A DNA stretch of 64,000 nt from Octopus vulgaris (GCA_951406725.2 OX597841.1:18538001-18602000); one strand, 5' to 3'. Shown: positions 50,626-63,632, numbered from the stretch's first letter. The notes: generated by a model from the letters alone, not told the origin. Numbers and translations are program-made.

Positions 50626-50818
50626 ATGAACAACCAGCTTCTGTTGACCGTGCTGTCCTTTTCGACTGGGGCTGTGGCCCTGGTCACTCTGGCCCTTGCT
50701 GTGGCCACAGATTCCTGGCTTTACACAGAAGAGGCGATTGACTATGTGTTGGACAATGTCACAATAGTATACGTGGTCAGAACACACTCTGGACTTTGGA
50801 GGGTTTGTACAATCAACG
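50626..50818 (+). CDS. CACNG: First coding exon of a voltage-dependent calcium channel gamma subunit / stargazin-TARP family protein (PMP22/claudin superfamily)
   Basis: MNNQLLLTVLSFSTGAVALVTLALAVATDSWLY...NVT...THSGLWRVCTIN contains TM1, the AV.TD.WLY motif and the THSGLWRVC signature. Phase-1 donor G|GTGAGT at 50819. Later exons were not identified in the window. Confidence 0.9.
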
Positions 50819-51001
50819 GTGAGTATCAACTGACCGACTCAGCTTCGATTATTTATCCTTATTTATCGGTATTTCTTGTATTTTATTCTTTGACACGACA
50901 TCCATCCCCTGACGGCTTCGTTTGGTGTTGGAGATTCTGCTCTGCACTTCCCCATCAAATCATTTGGATATGTGTATAGCTAGCTATCTATCCATCTATC
51001 C

Positions 51002-51095
<94 letters not shown>

Positions 51096-51220
51096 ATATA
51101 TATATATATATATATATAAATACACATGCACATATAGAGAGGGAAAGAGAAAGAGTGTATATGTGCCTGTCTATTAATGTGTGTGTGTGTGTGTGGGTAC
51201 ATACGAGAAACGGAAAATAG

Positions 51221-51369
51221 TGACCGACTGATTTGTATATTATTAAACATGACACTACCGCTTACACACACACACATGTGTGTGTGTGTGTGTGTGTGTG
51301 GAGAGAGGTCGATATATGTGTTTAAGAATTTCTTTATCTCTTTCTATCTATCTATCTTTCTATCCATCC

Positions 51370-51437
<68 letters not shown>

Positions 51438-51440
51438 GTC

Positions 51441-51482
<42 letters not shown>

Positions 51483-51682
51483 TATAGATAGATAGATAGT
51501 GATAAAAAAGTCCTTAAACATATATAAATATATATATATACCTACCTCTCTCCACACACACATCTATATATATATATGTGTGTATGTGTATTTTCGCGCG
51601 CACGCGCACGCGTGTGTATTTTCGTGTGTGTGTGTGTAAGCGGTAGTGTCATGTTTAATAATATATACAAATCTGTCGGTCA
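51221..51682. repeat. Degenerate fold-back inverted repeat in the CACNG intron
   Basis: tgaccgac.gatttgtatattattaaacatgacactaccgcttacac pairs with gtgtaagcggtagtgtcatgtttaataatatatacaaatc.gtcggtca. Inner pairs are gtggagagagg/cctctctccac and atgtgtttaag/cttaaacatat. Confidence 0.85.
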
Positions 51683-51743
51683 TACACACACACACACATA
51701 TGTATATGTATGTACCACAACATGAAACCACAGATATCTAAGG

Positions 51744-51777
<34 letters not shown>

Positions 51778-51986
51778 TTGTTTTCTGTTACACAGCTTCT
51801 GTGATATATCTATTGTTCGGTATTACACTGTGAACAGTGTGGATGTATATCTGTCCATCCATCCGTCCATTGACTTCTCTATGCACGGAAGGTATCTCTG
51901 AATGCAGGGTATGCACATGTCTGTGTGTGTACGTGCGTGTGTGTGTGTCTGTACGTGTGTGTGTGTACGTGTGTGTGTGTACGTGC

Positions 51987-52048
<62 letters not shown>

Positions 52049-52154
52049 GAGATAGATAGATAGATAAATAGATAGGCAGAGAGAGAGAGAGAGCTGAATA
52101 TATATTTTTGTGTCAGTGTCTACAATATGTGTGTGCGTGTGTGTACGCGCACGC

Positions 52155-52286
<132 letters not shown>

Positions 52287-53218
52287 AGGTGTGTGTGTGT
52301 ATGTACATATATGTGTGTATATATATGGTGCAATAAACGGTGAGTTAGTGACCAACACAAAATTATATCACTGCAATATCTCTCTGTCTTTGTATGTATG
52401 TGCATGAATAAGTGTGTGTGTGTGATGAAACGAAATATGGTGAGTTGTTGAAGACAATATCATTGTTATCATTTAAGGTGGCGAGTTGGCAGAATCGTTA
52501 AAGCGTCGGATGAGATGCTCAGCGGTATTTCTTCCGGCCTTGCGTTCCAAGGTAGACTGCTTTTCATTCATTTCGGGGTTGAGGCCCCAGCCTCATTGAC
52601 AACCCCCCCCCCCCCAACACACACACACACACACATTTTATGCACTGCCCCTATAGTAGAATGGATTATTATTATTATCGTCATTGACGAGGTGGCATAC
52701 TGGCAAAAGCCGTTGGCCATTCGCTCCTTTACGTTCTAAGTTCAAATTCCACCGAAGTCAAGCGTTATATACCATACCAACTTCGACTTTCATCCTTTCC
52801 GGTCGACGAAATGTCATGCCAGTCAAATGCTGGTATCGATGCACCCGACTAGCACCCGACTACATCTACGAGTTATTTGTATCTTCAGTTTTTTTTTATG
52901 TCTAGTGAAATCGCTCCGAGTGTTGATCCGTCTGCTTCCATGTCCGTCTCTTTCACTCTTTCTGTCTCCGCTTTTCTAACCTGTCTATCGGTCTAAGCTT
53001 GTCTGTCCAGCCCTCTGTCAATCTGTCCATCCGTCCGTCTGTCTATCCATTTGACTGTTCATCAATCTATCCATCCATCAACTTATCTTTCTGGCGGTCT
53101 GCCTGTCTCCTTGTCCACACAGCCATCTGCCTGTCCGTCTGTTGGTCTGTTTGTTGATACATCCGTCTGTCTGTCAGTCTGTCCATACATCCACTTGTCT
53201 GTCCCTCTACATAGTTAA

Positions 53219-53298
<80 letters not shown>

Positions 53299-53355
53299 TT
53301 CTCTCTCTCTTTCTCTCTAACTGCCTGTCTCTTTCTTTGTCTGCCTCTCTCTCTC

Positions 53356-53414
<59 letters not shown>

Positions 53415-53859
53415 GTTTGTCGGTCTATCTGTCTATTTTTCTGTCTCTATTTCTATCTATCTATATGTCTATATTTATCTGTCTGTCTCTCTGTCTGTCA
53501 GTCTCACTCTCTCTCTATCTCCTCACCCACCTGTTCTCCAGTGTACAGGTGTGTGTGCTTTGAGGTGCTCCATTTCCCCTACCCCTTCTCCCCTCAACCC
53601 TCTTTTTCGCTGATTCGTCACTCTGACGGAAATGGTCGCTCTGTAGAACTTTTCATTAGCTTCTCATGCTGTCTCCTCATTTAGCAACAACAACAAACAT
53701 CATTTTGATAATACTTCTGGAAAGTCAAATTCAAGAGGGGTGGCTCTCTGATACTGGAAGCAATTGGTTGAGCAGGAATCTTCAACAATCTGCCAAGCCC
53801 AGCTGTAAAGCTTCTTGTATCCTGGTTAGCAGGAACAGTACTTGAATCACACATAGTAG

Positions 53860-54380
53860 ACTCCCGAAAGGACTTCTGCTTGGAAGGCATGTAACAGACT
53901 TGATAAAGATTTGGCATTCAAACCTTCCACCAACGTTAAAAGTTAAAATATTAAGGAACACTGATTGAACCGGTCCTTCTCTATGGATCAGAGACCTGGA
54001 CCTTATTGGCTCTCTTAGAAAAACAACAAGATGGAACATATACCAACCTGCTCAGAAAGATGCAGAAAATCAGGGGGAGATCTCACCCAACACTTAGTAA
54101 CATCTAAGGAAATCTGATACCGATATTCCTCAAGCTAGAGCAGAATCGGCCACAATTTGCCGGCCTCTATCATCAAGGAGAGAAAGGGATTATCTCATTC
54201 CTTTTCCTATGGCATCCCTCTGGAAATGTTTCCCCCAGGAAATTGAAATTTGCAGATACTATATCTCAGGACCCAGGACTGGACATTAGGGATCCGAACA
54301 GAGCAATGCAGGACCATGTAGAGTGGAAAGGGATTGTCAATGGAGTTCCGACCAACCTAGGGTCAAACGATGATGATGAT
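53860..54380 (+). mobile_element. Decayed RTE-clade LINE 3' end with (GAT)n tail
   Basis: AWKACNRLDK-IWHSNLPPTLKVKILR-LIEPVLLYGSETWT...DGTYTNLLR...QFAG...AMQD..EWK.IV, ending gatgatgatgat. Confidence 0.8.
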
Positions 54381-54697
54381 GGAGCTTTTGTTGTAGGGGC
54401 TCCCTTCCCCAAGATTCTATAATTAAAGCCAGAATCCCTAGACATTCGGCTACTTTGATTTTTAGGGACCAGGTTGTTATATTCTTTTATCCTCTTATTC
54501 TTTTACTTGTTTCAGTCTGGGGCCATGCTGCGGCACCACCTTTTGGCTGAAAGAATTGACCCTTGGACTTATCCTTTGCAAGCCTGGTACTTAATCTATT
54601 GCTCTCTTATGATGAACCACTAAGTTACAGGGATGTAAACACACCAACATCAGTTGTCAAGCAATGGTGAAGAGGATAAATGCAGATACACAAAAAA

Positions 54698-54873
<176 letters not shown>

Positions 54874-54978
54874 GAGAGAGAGAGAGAGAGAGAGAGCAAT
54901 AAGAAAATGGAGGGGATCAAAAGGTGGTATTCATCAACTTTTAGACATTATATTATGTCAATTTGTTTATTTATTTAC

Positions 54979-55153
54979 TATAATGACAATTACAACAACA
55001 TACATACATGTATGACAAATTATGCTTTACACATAAAAATATATTGATATATAAAGATTACTGGTATATCTTTATACATTAATATATTTAATATCTTATA
55101 TGTAAAGCATAATTTGTTAAACATGTATGTATATTGTTGTAATTGTCATTATA
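54979..55153. repeat. AT-rich fold-back inverted repeat
   Basis: Arms ~54979-55058 and ~55068-55153 (tataatgacaattacaacaa... / ...ttgttgtaattgtcattata). Confidence 0.85.
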
Positions 55154-55465
55154 GGCTAAATGAATTGATATAATTTGGAAGACAGGACGGAAGCTCTAAA
55201 CATTTGTAAAGGAAGAAACAGCTGTCAACGAGTGATGTAAGAAGAGAGCAACATTCCAAAGACTCAAGGATGGGTGAGCAGCCAGGACTGGTAAGAAGCT
55301 TGCTTCCCAACCACATGGACCCGGGTTCAGTCACAATGTGTGGCACCTTGGCCAGAAGTCTTCTTCTATAGCCTCAGGCCAACCAAAGCCTTCAGTGGAT
55401 TTGGTATGAAGCCCATTATATGTATATATATATATATATATATATTTAATTTATTTTATAGAAGG

Positions 55466-55516
55466 AGCTTCTACAGGACTAGAACTGTTTCATTCAAAAG
55501 AAATCATCCGGAAGCT
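55466..55516 (-). ncRNA. Degenerate type I hammerhead motif (core CGGATGA)
   Basis: Minus strand reads agcttc-CGGATGA-tttc tttt gaat-GAA-ACAG ttctagtc CTGT-A-gaagct. Stems I and III are intact; U4 is replaced by G. Confidence 0.55.
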
Positions 55517-55792
55517 AAGTGACAAGAATAGTTTTGGCATTTATACATTTAGGCAGATTTAAAGGGGTGGTGGTGGGGGACTTTTTGGGGTAGGCATGGC
55601 ACAAACTATCTTTCTTAGGGGGGTGGTCAAAGGAATCAGTGATAAAGTAGATAAAAGAGTAAATAGAAGAGTAAAATATATATATATATATACTGGATGT
55701 CCACTCAGTGGTCATCCCTCTTATATATGTATATATATATATATGTATGTATTTGCTCTGTCTTCCCTTCCTTGGACCTTTCTTTTTTCTAT

Positions 55793-55827
55793 GTTTCTGA
55801 CGAAGAGCTCCGCTCGAAACGTTAAAT
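55793..55827 (+). ncRNA. Minimal hammerhead ribozyme motif (Penelope pseudo-LTR type)
   Basis: gttt-CTGACGA-A-GAGC tcc GCTC-GAA-ACGT-T-aaat, with a loopless palindromic stem III, inside a short segment bounded by (TA)n. Confidence 0.7.
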
Positions 55828-55934
55828 CCTGCTTCTTTCTTTCCTTTCCTGAGCGTCCAATAACACTATACTTGTTCCACGTCCTTGCGTTGTTGTGTTT
55901 TCACTTTGTGTTTTCATTTTTGGATTAACTATAT

Positions 55935-55983
<49 letters not shown>

Positions 55984-55984
<1 letters not shown>

Positions 55985-56070
55985 CGTAAATCCTCGAGTA
56001 TAATCCCCATTCTTTCCCAAAATTTAAAGGTCAAAATCCCTAGTGCGTACTATATACGAGGTTAAAAATG
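55984..56070 (+). mobile_element. Possible left terminus of a pogo/Tc2-type DNA transposon
   Basis: CCGTAAATCCTCGAGTATAA after a (TA)n tract, with an internal inverted echo (tatatacgagg); the other end was not found. Confidence 0.4.
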
Positions 56071-56185
56071 AAAGATATTTTCCAAGCAATGACCAAACAC
56101 AGATATGATTCGGAGCACTGTAGCCCCCTCTTATGCCATGCGTAGTTGCCTGTTTCTAACATGACATCATGAACTGTTCATCATT

Positions 56186-56586
56186 CTTTTACTCTTTTAC
56201 TTCTTTCAGTCATTTGACTGCAGCCATGCTGGAGCACTGCCTTTAATCGAGCAACTCGACCCCGGGACTTGTTCTTTTGTAAGCCCAGTACTTATTCTAT
56301 CGGTCTCTTTTTGCCGAACCGCTAAGTTACGGGGACGTAAACACACCAGCATCGGTTGTCAAGCAATGCTAGGGGGACAAACAGACACACAAACACACAC
56401 ATACATATATATACATATATACGATGGGCTTCTTTGAGTTTCCGTCTACCAAATCCATTCACAAGGCTTTGGTCGGCCCGAGGCTATAGCAGAAGACATT
56501 TGCCCAAGGTGCCACACAGTAGGACTGAACCCGGAACCATGTGGTCGGTAAGCAAGCTTCTTACCACACAGCCACTCCTGCGTCTA
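56186..56586 (-). mobile_element. SINE family A, full length
   Basis: Family sequence in reverse. Confidence 0.92.
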
Positions 56587-56668
56587 TTGAACGTGTTTGT
56601 TGTAGCACTGCATCCATTAGTTTGAAAGAAAGCTTTCTACCTGCACTCATTCCTTGTTATCCTTTTAA

Positions 56669-56887
56669 CCCTTTAGTATTTAAACCAGCCATATCCGGCC
56701 AAAATGGCTAATCTGTTTTATGTTCAAACTGACCAGATCCAGGCTCTCATACCTACCCTACAATGTTATTCTACATTAAGTAATTGCACCATCAAGATCT
56801 TGAAGATATGAGATAATGCATGATTAATTCAAATCAATGGGAATCAACAGGCATTATGTTTGATTGAATAATCTGGACACTAAAGGG
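56669..56887. mobile_element. piggyBac-type MITE with TTAA target-site duplication
   Basis: TTAA|CCCTTTAG ... CTAAAGGG|TTAA. Diverged relatives at ~41105-41281 and, inverted, at ~9455-9640. Confidence 0.85.
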
Positions 56888-57280
56888 TTAATGTTCAGTT
56901 TTCCAAGCTCATGTGAGTTCAACAGAATTTGCTGGAACATATTTTCTACTCGCTTAAAAGCCGCTCTCCGCATGGAATTTTGAGGAAGCTTGTATGGAGC
57001 ATGAATTGGGTATGTGGCCCCAAACTAAAATGACCTGAATAGCATGACCTTAATACATCTCTACTGAATATCAGCCCTGGTAATATTTCATCAGAGGTTA
57101 AGGGCAAATGGAAACTAATTCTGTAAGGCAATCATGCTATTGTTCCAGTTCCAAGCTGAATTCCGACTTTTGGGTAATATGTCCAGAATTCTAATCTTGG
57201 CATGAAATTAACGAAGGATATTTAATTTATCTGCCCCTTCTGACATCATCTGACTTCATCCAACAAATGCAGACCAATAT

Positions 57281-57598
57281 GGTATGGTCCCTACCATTTT
57301 CCACTGATACACTCTCTACTACCACTGGTATTGTTTACCATTTTCCACTGATACAGTATCTAATGTCACTGGTATGGTTTCTACCACTTTCCAGTGATAC
57401 AGTCTCTACTACCATGGGAATGGACTTAACCATTGTCCATTGATACAGTCTCTACTGCCACTGGAATGGTCTTTTTCACCGATACAGTCTGTATTGGCAC
57501 TGCTATGGTTTCTACCATTTTCGACTGATAGAGTCTCTGCTGTGACTGGTATGGTCGTAACCATTTTTCAATATTACAGTCTCTACTACCACTGGTAC
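57281..57598. repeat. ~46-bp minisatellite, about 7 diverged copies
   Basis: Consensus ggtatggtttctaccattttccactgatacagtctctactaccact. Confidence 0.9.
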
Positions 57599-58397
57599 CT
57601 TGCTCAAGGATAAAATGCTTTGCCAGGAATTGAACTCATAACCTTATGATCATGATCCATGCACCTTCACCAACCATGTATTTTCTTTGTGGTAGCACAC
57701 CTGTTTCTGTCTTCATACCTGATCTTTCCCTCTCTCCGGCCAGGTAACATTGTACTTCCTCTACAGCAAGACACCTGCATCTGTCTCACTATAACCTTTT
57801 CATCATCACCTCCTCCAATGCCTCCTCCCCTCTTAAAAGATTTTGTCTTGCAAGGAACTTGGTGACCCTGTCAGTGCAGGTGCCACTTAAAAGCACCCAG
57901 TCCACACTGTAAAGTGGTTGGTGTTAGGAAGGGCATCCAGCTGTAAAAACCTTGCCAAAACTGACCTTGCTTGTGTTGGTGCCACATAAAAAGCACTCAG
58001 TCCACTCTGCTGGGTGGTTGGTGTTAGGAAGGGCATCTAGCTGTAAAAATCCTGCTAAAGCAGTCACAGAAGTCTGGTGCAGGCTTCGGCCTGGCCGGCC
58101 CTTCTAGTACTGTCTCATGCCAGCATTCAACACAGACATTAAATGATGATGATGATTATATATATATGTATGTATGTATGTGTGTGTGTCATTTGGCAGG
58201 AGGACTTAAATGACATGCAAAAGTACATGAAGCCCAGTTACAACTACAGTCGGCTATTACCAATAAAGGTTTTGGTTGCCAATTCTGTACAAGACATTGT
58301 AGATCTTTAGCTGGGCTAAATAGTCACATTCGATCACAGCACCAGTAACAGTTAAGCTTCGTGCAATGGCCATACTCGATAACGAGGGGGCAGCCAT

Positions 58398-58398
58398 C

Positions 58399-58432
<34 letters not shown>

Positions 58433-58670
58433 TTGTTTGTATGTATGTATGTATGTATGTATGTATGTTTGTATGTATGTATGTATGTTTGTTTGTATGT
58501 TTGTTTGTATGTATGTATGTATGTATGTATGTATGTTTGTGTGTGTGTGTATGTATGTATGTATATATGTTTGTATGTATGTATGTAAGTATGTATGTAT
58601 GTATGTATGTGTGTGTGTATGTATGTATGTATGTATGTACGTATGTATGTATAAATGTATGTATGTATGT
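58398..58670. repeat. (TATG/TTTG)n microsatellite
   Basis: Direct reading. Confidence 0.9.
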
Positions 58671-60767
58671 TTTGCATTAGTGCATAATTATTGCCGCTTT
58701 TTTTCAACAAATTTTATTCAACAAAAACAACAACAACATTTAACAAAAACATCTTTAAATGATTATTCCGGAGCATATTCACCATCTCCTTCAATTACTG
58801 CTTCCCATTTGCTTGGCAATGATTATGCACCGGGCCCAATATATATTTATGGATATATATATATGTATGTACGCATGTATGTGTGTGTTTGTCCCCCACC
58901 GACCATCACTTGACAACTGATATTGATGTGTTTATGCCCCCATAACTTAGCAGTTTGGCAAAAGAAACCAATAAAACAAGTACCAGGCTTACAAAGACCA
59001 AGTCCTAGGGTCGATTTGTTCGACTAAAACGTTGTACTCCAGCATGGCCGGTTTTGATGATTGGGTTTCCACTTGATCTGATCAAGGGAACAGACTGCTA
59101 GTGAAATTAACATGCCAGCGGCTGAGTACTTCACAGACATGCATACCCTTAACGTAGGTCTCAGGGGGATTTTCAGCATGACACAGAGTGTGCCAAGGCG
59201 GCCCCTTTGATATACAGGTACAAGCTCATTTTTACCAGCAGAGCTGACTGAAGCAATGTGAAATAAAGTGTCTTGCTTAAGAATACAATCCACTGCCAAA
59301 AATCGAACTCACAACTCCATGGTCATGAGGCAAATAGCCGAAGCAATAAGTCACCATCACATGGGTTAGATGAATGTATATTATTAACAGCTGGATACCT
59401 CTCCTGTCACTAACCCTTCTTCCTCACAGCAAACGAGCAGTTTGTCCAGCGGAAAACCACCAGCTCAGTCCACAGCATCGGAAGAAACAGCAAATAGAGA
59501 CCTTCGCACAAACACTCATACACGTACGTAACACGATAGACTTCCATGCACTTTCTCTTTGCTGAATATTTTCACAAGATTTTGGTTGACCCCGGGATGG
59601 AGTAGAAAAGACTTGCTCTAGGTGCCATCCAGTGGGGCTAAAGGAGGGATAAAGACTCCCTTCGGTCGTGACTAACCATGGGTTTGCACCTAGAAAGTTA
59701 CCCTCCCAGGTACAAGTCCGGGCAAGGTTGTTTATAGAAGTCCAGCAGTCGCCCATGCATACCAGCCTCCTCCTCTCCACACCACTGATGTTATCCAAGG
59801 GAAAGGCAAAGGGGCCGATACAGCTTACCGCCTGTGACACTGCAACTCATTTCTAAGGCTGAGTGAACGGGAGCAAGATGAAGTAAAGTGTCTTGCTCAA
59901 GAACATAACACACAGCCTGGTATGGGGATTGAACTCACTACCTCATGATTGTGAGCTTGACATGCTAACCACTGAACTATTCACCTTCATGTATATATAA
60001 ATATATATTGTGTGTGTATGTGTTTGTGTTTGTATAAAGGGTAAAGGTCAACCCCACCACCACCACCACCACCACATCGGTCATAAATGACCATTGAATT
60101 TAGCCTAGAAAGTTCCCCTCTGAAGTAGAAGTCCAGGCAAGTTTATTTCTGGAAGACCAGCAGTCGCCCATGCATGCCAGCCACCCCAGTGATGTCGGAA
60201 CTCATTTCTACAGGTGAGTGAACTGGAGCAATGTGAAATAAAGTGTCTTGCTCAAGAACACAACACACTGCCCAGTCCTGGGATTCGAACTCACAACCTC
60301 ATGATTGTCAGCCTAACTAGTGAACCAAATCTGAAAGTACATAGTTGAGAAGTAAACATCTGAGGCATCCATCCGTGCTCAGGTTTATTGTCATGCAGCG
60401 GAATTGAACCAGGAACCATCTGTTTAAAAAGTGATCTTCTGAACCACAGTTATGATAAAATAAGTAACACTAATGGCCTTATTATTTCATCATACCACCA
60501 ACAACCCTAACATCATCAGCAGCATCATTGTTTTCCATGCTGGCATGGGTTGGACGGTTCGACCGGGGTCTGGGAAGCCAGGAGGCTGCACCAGGCTCCA
60601 ATCTGATCTGGCAAGGTTTCCACAGCCGGATGCCCTTCCTAACTCCAACTGCTTCGAGAGTGTAGTGGGCGCTTTTTATGTGCCGCCAGCACAGGAGCCT
60701 GTCAGGAGGCACTGGCATCAACCACATTCAGATGGTGCTTTTTACAGGGAGCCTGTTCCACCAGCAC

Positions 60768-60897
60768 AGGTGCCAGTCAGGTGGCACTGGTAGGTGGCCA
60801 GTCAGGTGGCACTGGTAGGTGGCCAGTCAGGTGGCACTGGCAGGTGGCCAGTCAGGTGGCACTGGCAGGTGGACAGTCAGGTGGCACTGGCACCAGT
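60768..60897. repeat. 25-bp tandem repeat (about 5 copies) within a family B SINE
   Basis: Unit aggtggccagtcaggtggcactgg(t/c). Confidence 0.9.
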
Positions 60898-61169
60898 CAC
60901 ACTTACGATTTCCCGTTTGATTTCCTCATTGCATGTAGATTTGTTCATCAGCTACAGTTGAGGTCAGGTCAAGAAAATCTTGATACTGGCATCGTGTAAC
61001 TCAGTTGAGCCTGTTTTAGTTGTCAGGTAGCTAACGAGTAAATCAGCTCCCCCCACCAGGTGAGGAGGGTGCTGTGGACTTAAAACAAGACCTGTCAGAG
61101 GATAAATTAGTTCATTGTGAATTAATGGCCATCCATGAGAGTGGTGTCTCTTAAAAGCATCCTACATAA

Positions 61170-61643
61170 GGTGCAGATGTGGCTGTGTGGTAAGAAGCTT
61201 GCTTCCCAACCACATGGTTCCAGGTTCAGTCCCACAGCATGGCACCTTAGGCAAGTGTCTTCTACCTTAGCCTCCGGCTGACCAAAACCTTATGAGTGGA
61301 TTTGGTAGACGGAAACTGAAAGAAGCCTGTCATTTATATATATGTATGAGGGGGGGGGCATGTCTTTGTGTCAGGACTTGACCCCCCAGCACCATTTCAT
61401 AACTGGTGTTGGTTTGTTTTCATCACTGTAACCGCTTGGATGAATATAGGACACACAGAATAAGTACCAGGCCTAAAAAAAAAAAGGTACTGGCCTGTGT
61501 AGTAAGTAGCTTGCTAACCAACCACATGGTTCCGGGTTCAGTCCCACTGCGTAGCATCTTGGGCAAGTGTCTTCTGCTATAGCCCCGGGCTGATCAATGC
61601 CTTGTGAGTGGATTTGGTAGATGGAAACTGAAAGAAGCCTGTC

Positions 61644-61678
<35 letters not shown>

Positions 61679-61908
61679 TGTGTGTGTATATGTTTGTGTG
61701 TCTGTGTTTGTCTCCCTAGCATTGCTTGACAACCGATGCTGGTGTGTTTACGTCCCCGTCACTTAGCAGTTAGGCAAAAGAGACCGATAGAATAAGTACT
61801 GGGCTTACAAAGAATAAGTCCCAGGGTCGATTTGCTCGACTAAAGGCGGTGCTCCAGCATGGCCACAATCAAATGACTGAAACAAGTAAAAGAGTAAAAG
61901 AGTAAAAG
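61170..61908 (+). mobile_element. Older SINE family A copy (61170-~61490) followed by a younger near full-length copy (~61493-61908)
   Basis: Two heads in tandem; the second has a complete (aaaagagt)n tail. Confidence 0.85.
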
Positions 61909-62340
61909 AAGTGCCCCAGAATGGTCGCGGTCTAATAACTGAAGCAAGTAAGAGATAAGGCATAAAATATGGTCTGGTGTAGTGTGCAGTTGCTCCAAGA
62001 GCCATGAAGACTCCGAGGAAAGACAGATCCCCCATGCTGGAGCTGAGGTCCACAAAATGATGTGTTATGTCCTGGTTTGTGTCTGTTGTAAATAGCAACA
62101 AGTTCACTTCTGATGACTCGCTGGGAAGTTTTGTAAGATTTTAGTGTAATATCCTCTGTGTTAGTTAGGAGGAAACTGTGAGGAATCCTTCCCTGTATGC
62201 TGATGCATTCTGTTGTTTTGGTACTTGTGCTGGTGGTGTTCGTTGTTGTCATGGCTGCTATCGTAGTAACAGCAGGGGGGGCGGGGAGATGGTATCGTAG
62301 TTGAAGAGTAATGGCAGTTAAAAGATGGTTATAGATGTGT

Positions 62341-62372
<32 letters not shown>

Positions 62373-62593
62373 GTACTACTACTACTACTACTACTACTAC
62401 TAATAATAATAATACACAACAAGCATTGGCACTATTACCACTGGTACCAATACCACAGTGGCTGCAACATCAAATACTACTAATAGTACTAATAGTACTA
62501 ATGCTATTTTCAGTATCAAGAGATTGATAGATAGATAGATAGACAGATAGCTAGACAGATAGGTAGATAGATAGATAGATAGATAGATACACC

Positions 62594-62639
<46 letters not shown>

Positions 62640-62689
62640 CAGATAGCTAGACAGATAGGTAGATAGATAGATAGATAGATAGATACACC

Positions 62690-62735
<46 letters not shown>

Positions 62736-62755
62736 CAGATAGCTAGACAGATAGG

Positions 62756-62871
<116 letters not shown>

Positions 62872-62936
62872 CAGACAGATAGATAGATAGATAGATAGAC
62901 AGACAGATAGATAGATAGATAGATAGATAGACAGAC

Positions 62937-62972
<36 letters not shown>

Positions 62973-63289
62973 GAATAGATAGATAGATGGATATCATGTA
63001 CGATCTATGCAGCCGGTTTATGTGTATTTGTATGTGTGTAGTACAGATAGATATCTGGGAACAGACAGTCCCTTATTTATCTAGATGTATGCGCAGATCG
63101 ATAGATATATATATATATTCTGTTATTCTTTTGCTTGTTTCAGTCACTTGACTGAGCTCATGCTGGAGCACCACGTTTTGTTATTGGAACAGATCGAACC
63201 CCAGGACTTATTCTTTGTAAGCCTTGTACGAGCAAAAGAGACCTATTCTATCGGTGACTTTTGCCGAACCGCTAAATGCAAGCATATAC

Positions 63290-63312
63290 ACGTTTGTGTA
63301 TGCGTCTGCGTG

Positions 63313-63400
<88 letters not shown>

Positions 63401-63407
63401 TGTGTGC

Positions 63408-63456
<49 letters not shown>

Positions 63457-63632
63457 TGTGTGCGTGCGTGTGTGTGTGTGTGTGTTTGTGTGTGTGCGTG
63501 CGTGTGTGTGTTTGTGTGTGTGTGTGTGCTTGTGTGTGTGCGTGCGTGTGTGTGTTTGTGTGTGTGTGTGTTTGCGTGTGTTTGTGTGCGTGCGTGTGTG
63601 TGTTTGTGTGTGTGTTTGTGTGTGTGTGTGTA
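63290..63632. repeat. (TG)n microsatellite
   Basis: Direct reading; a complementary (CA)n tract lies at 43705-44018. Confidence 0.95.

Noticed and set aside
50819-50979. C-terminal half of the 117-aa ORF at 50626
   Set aside because: CACNG similarity stops at the GTGAGT donor; the remainder is intron.
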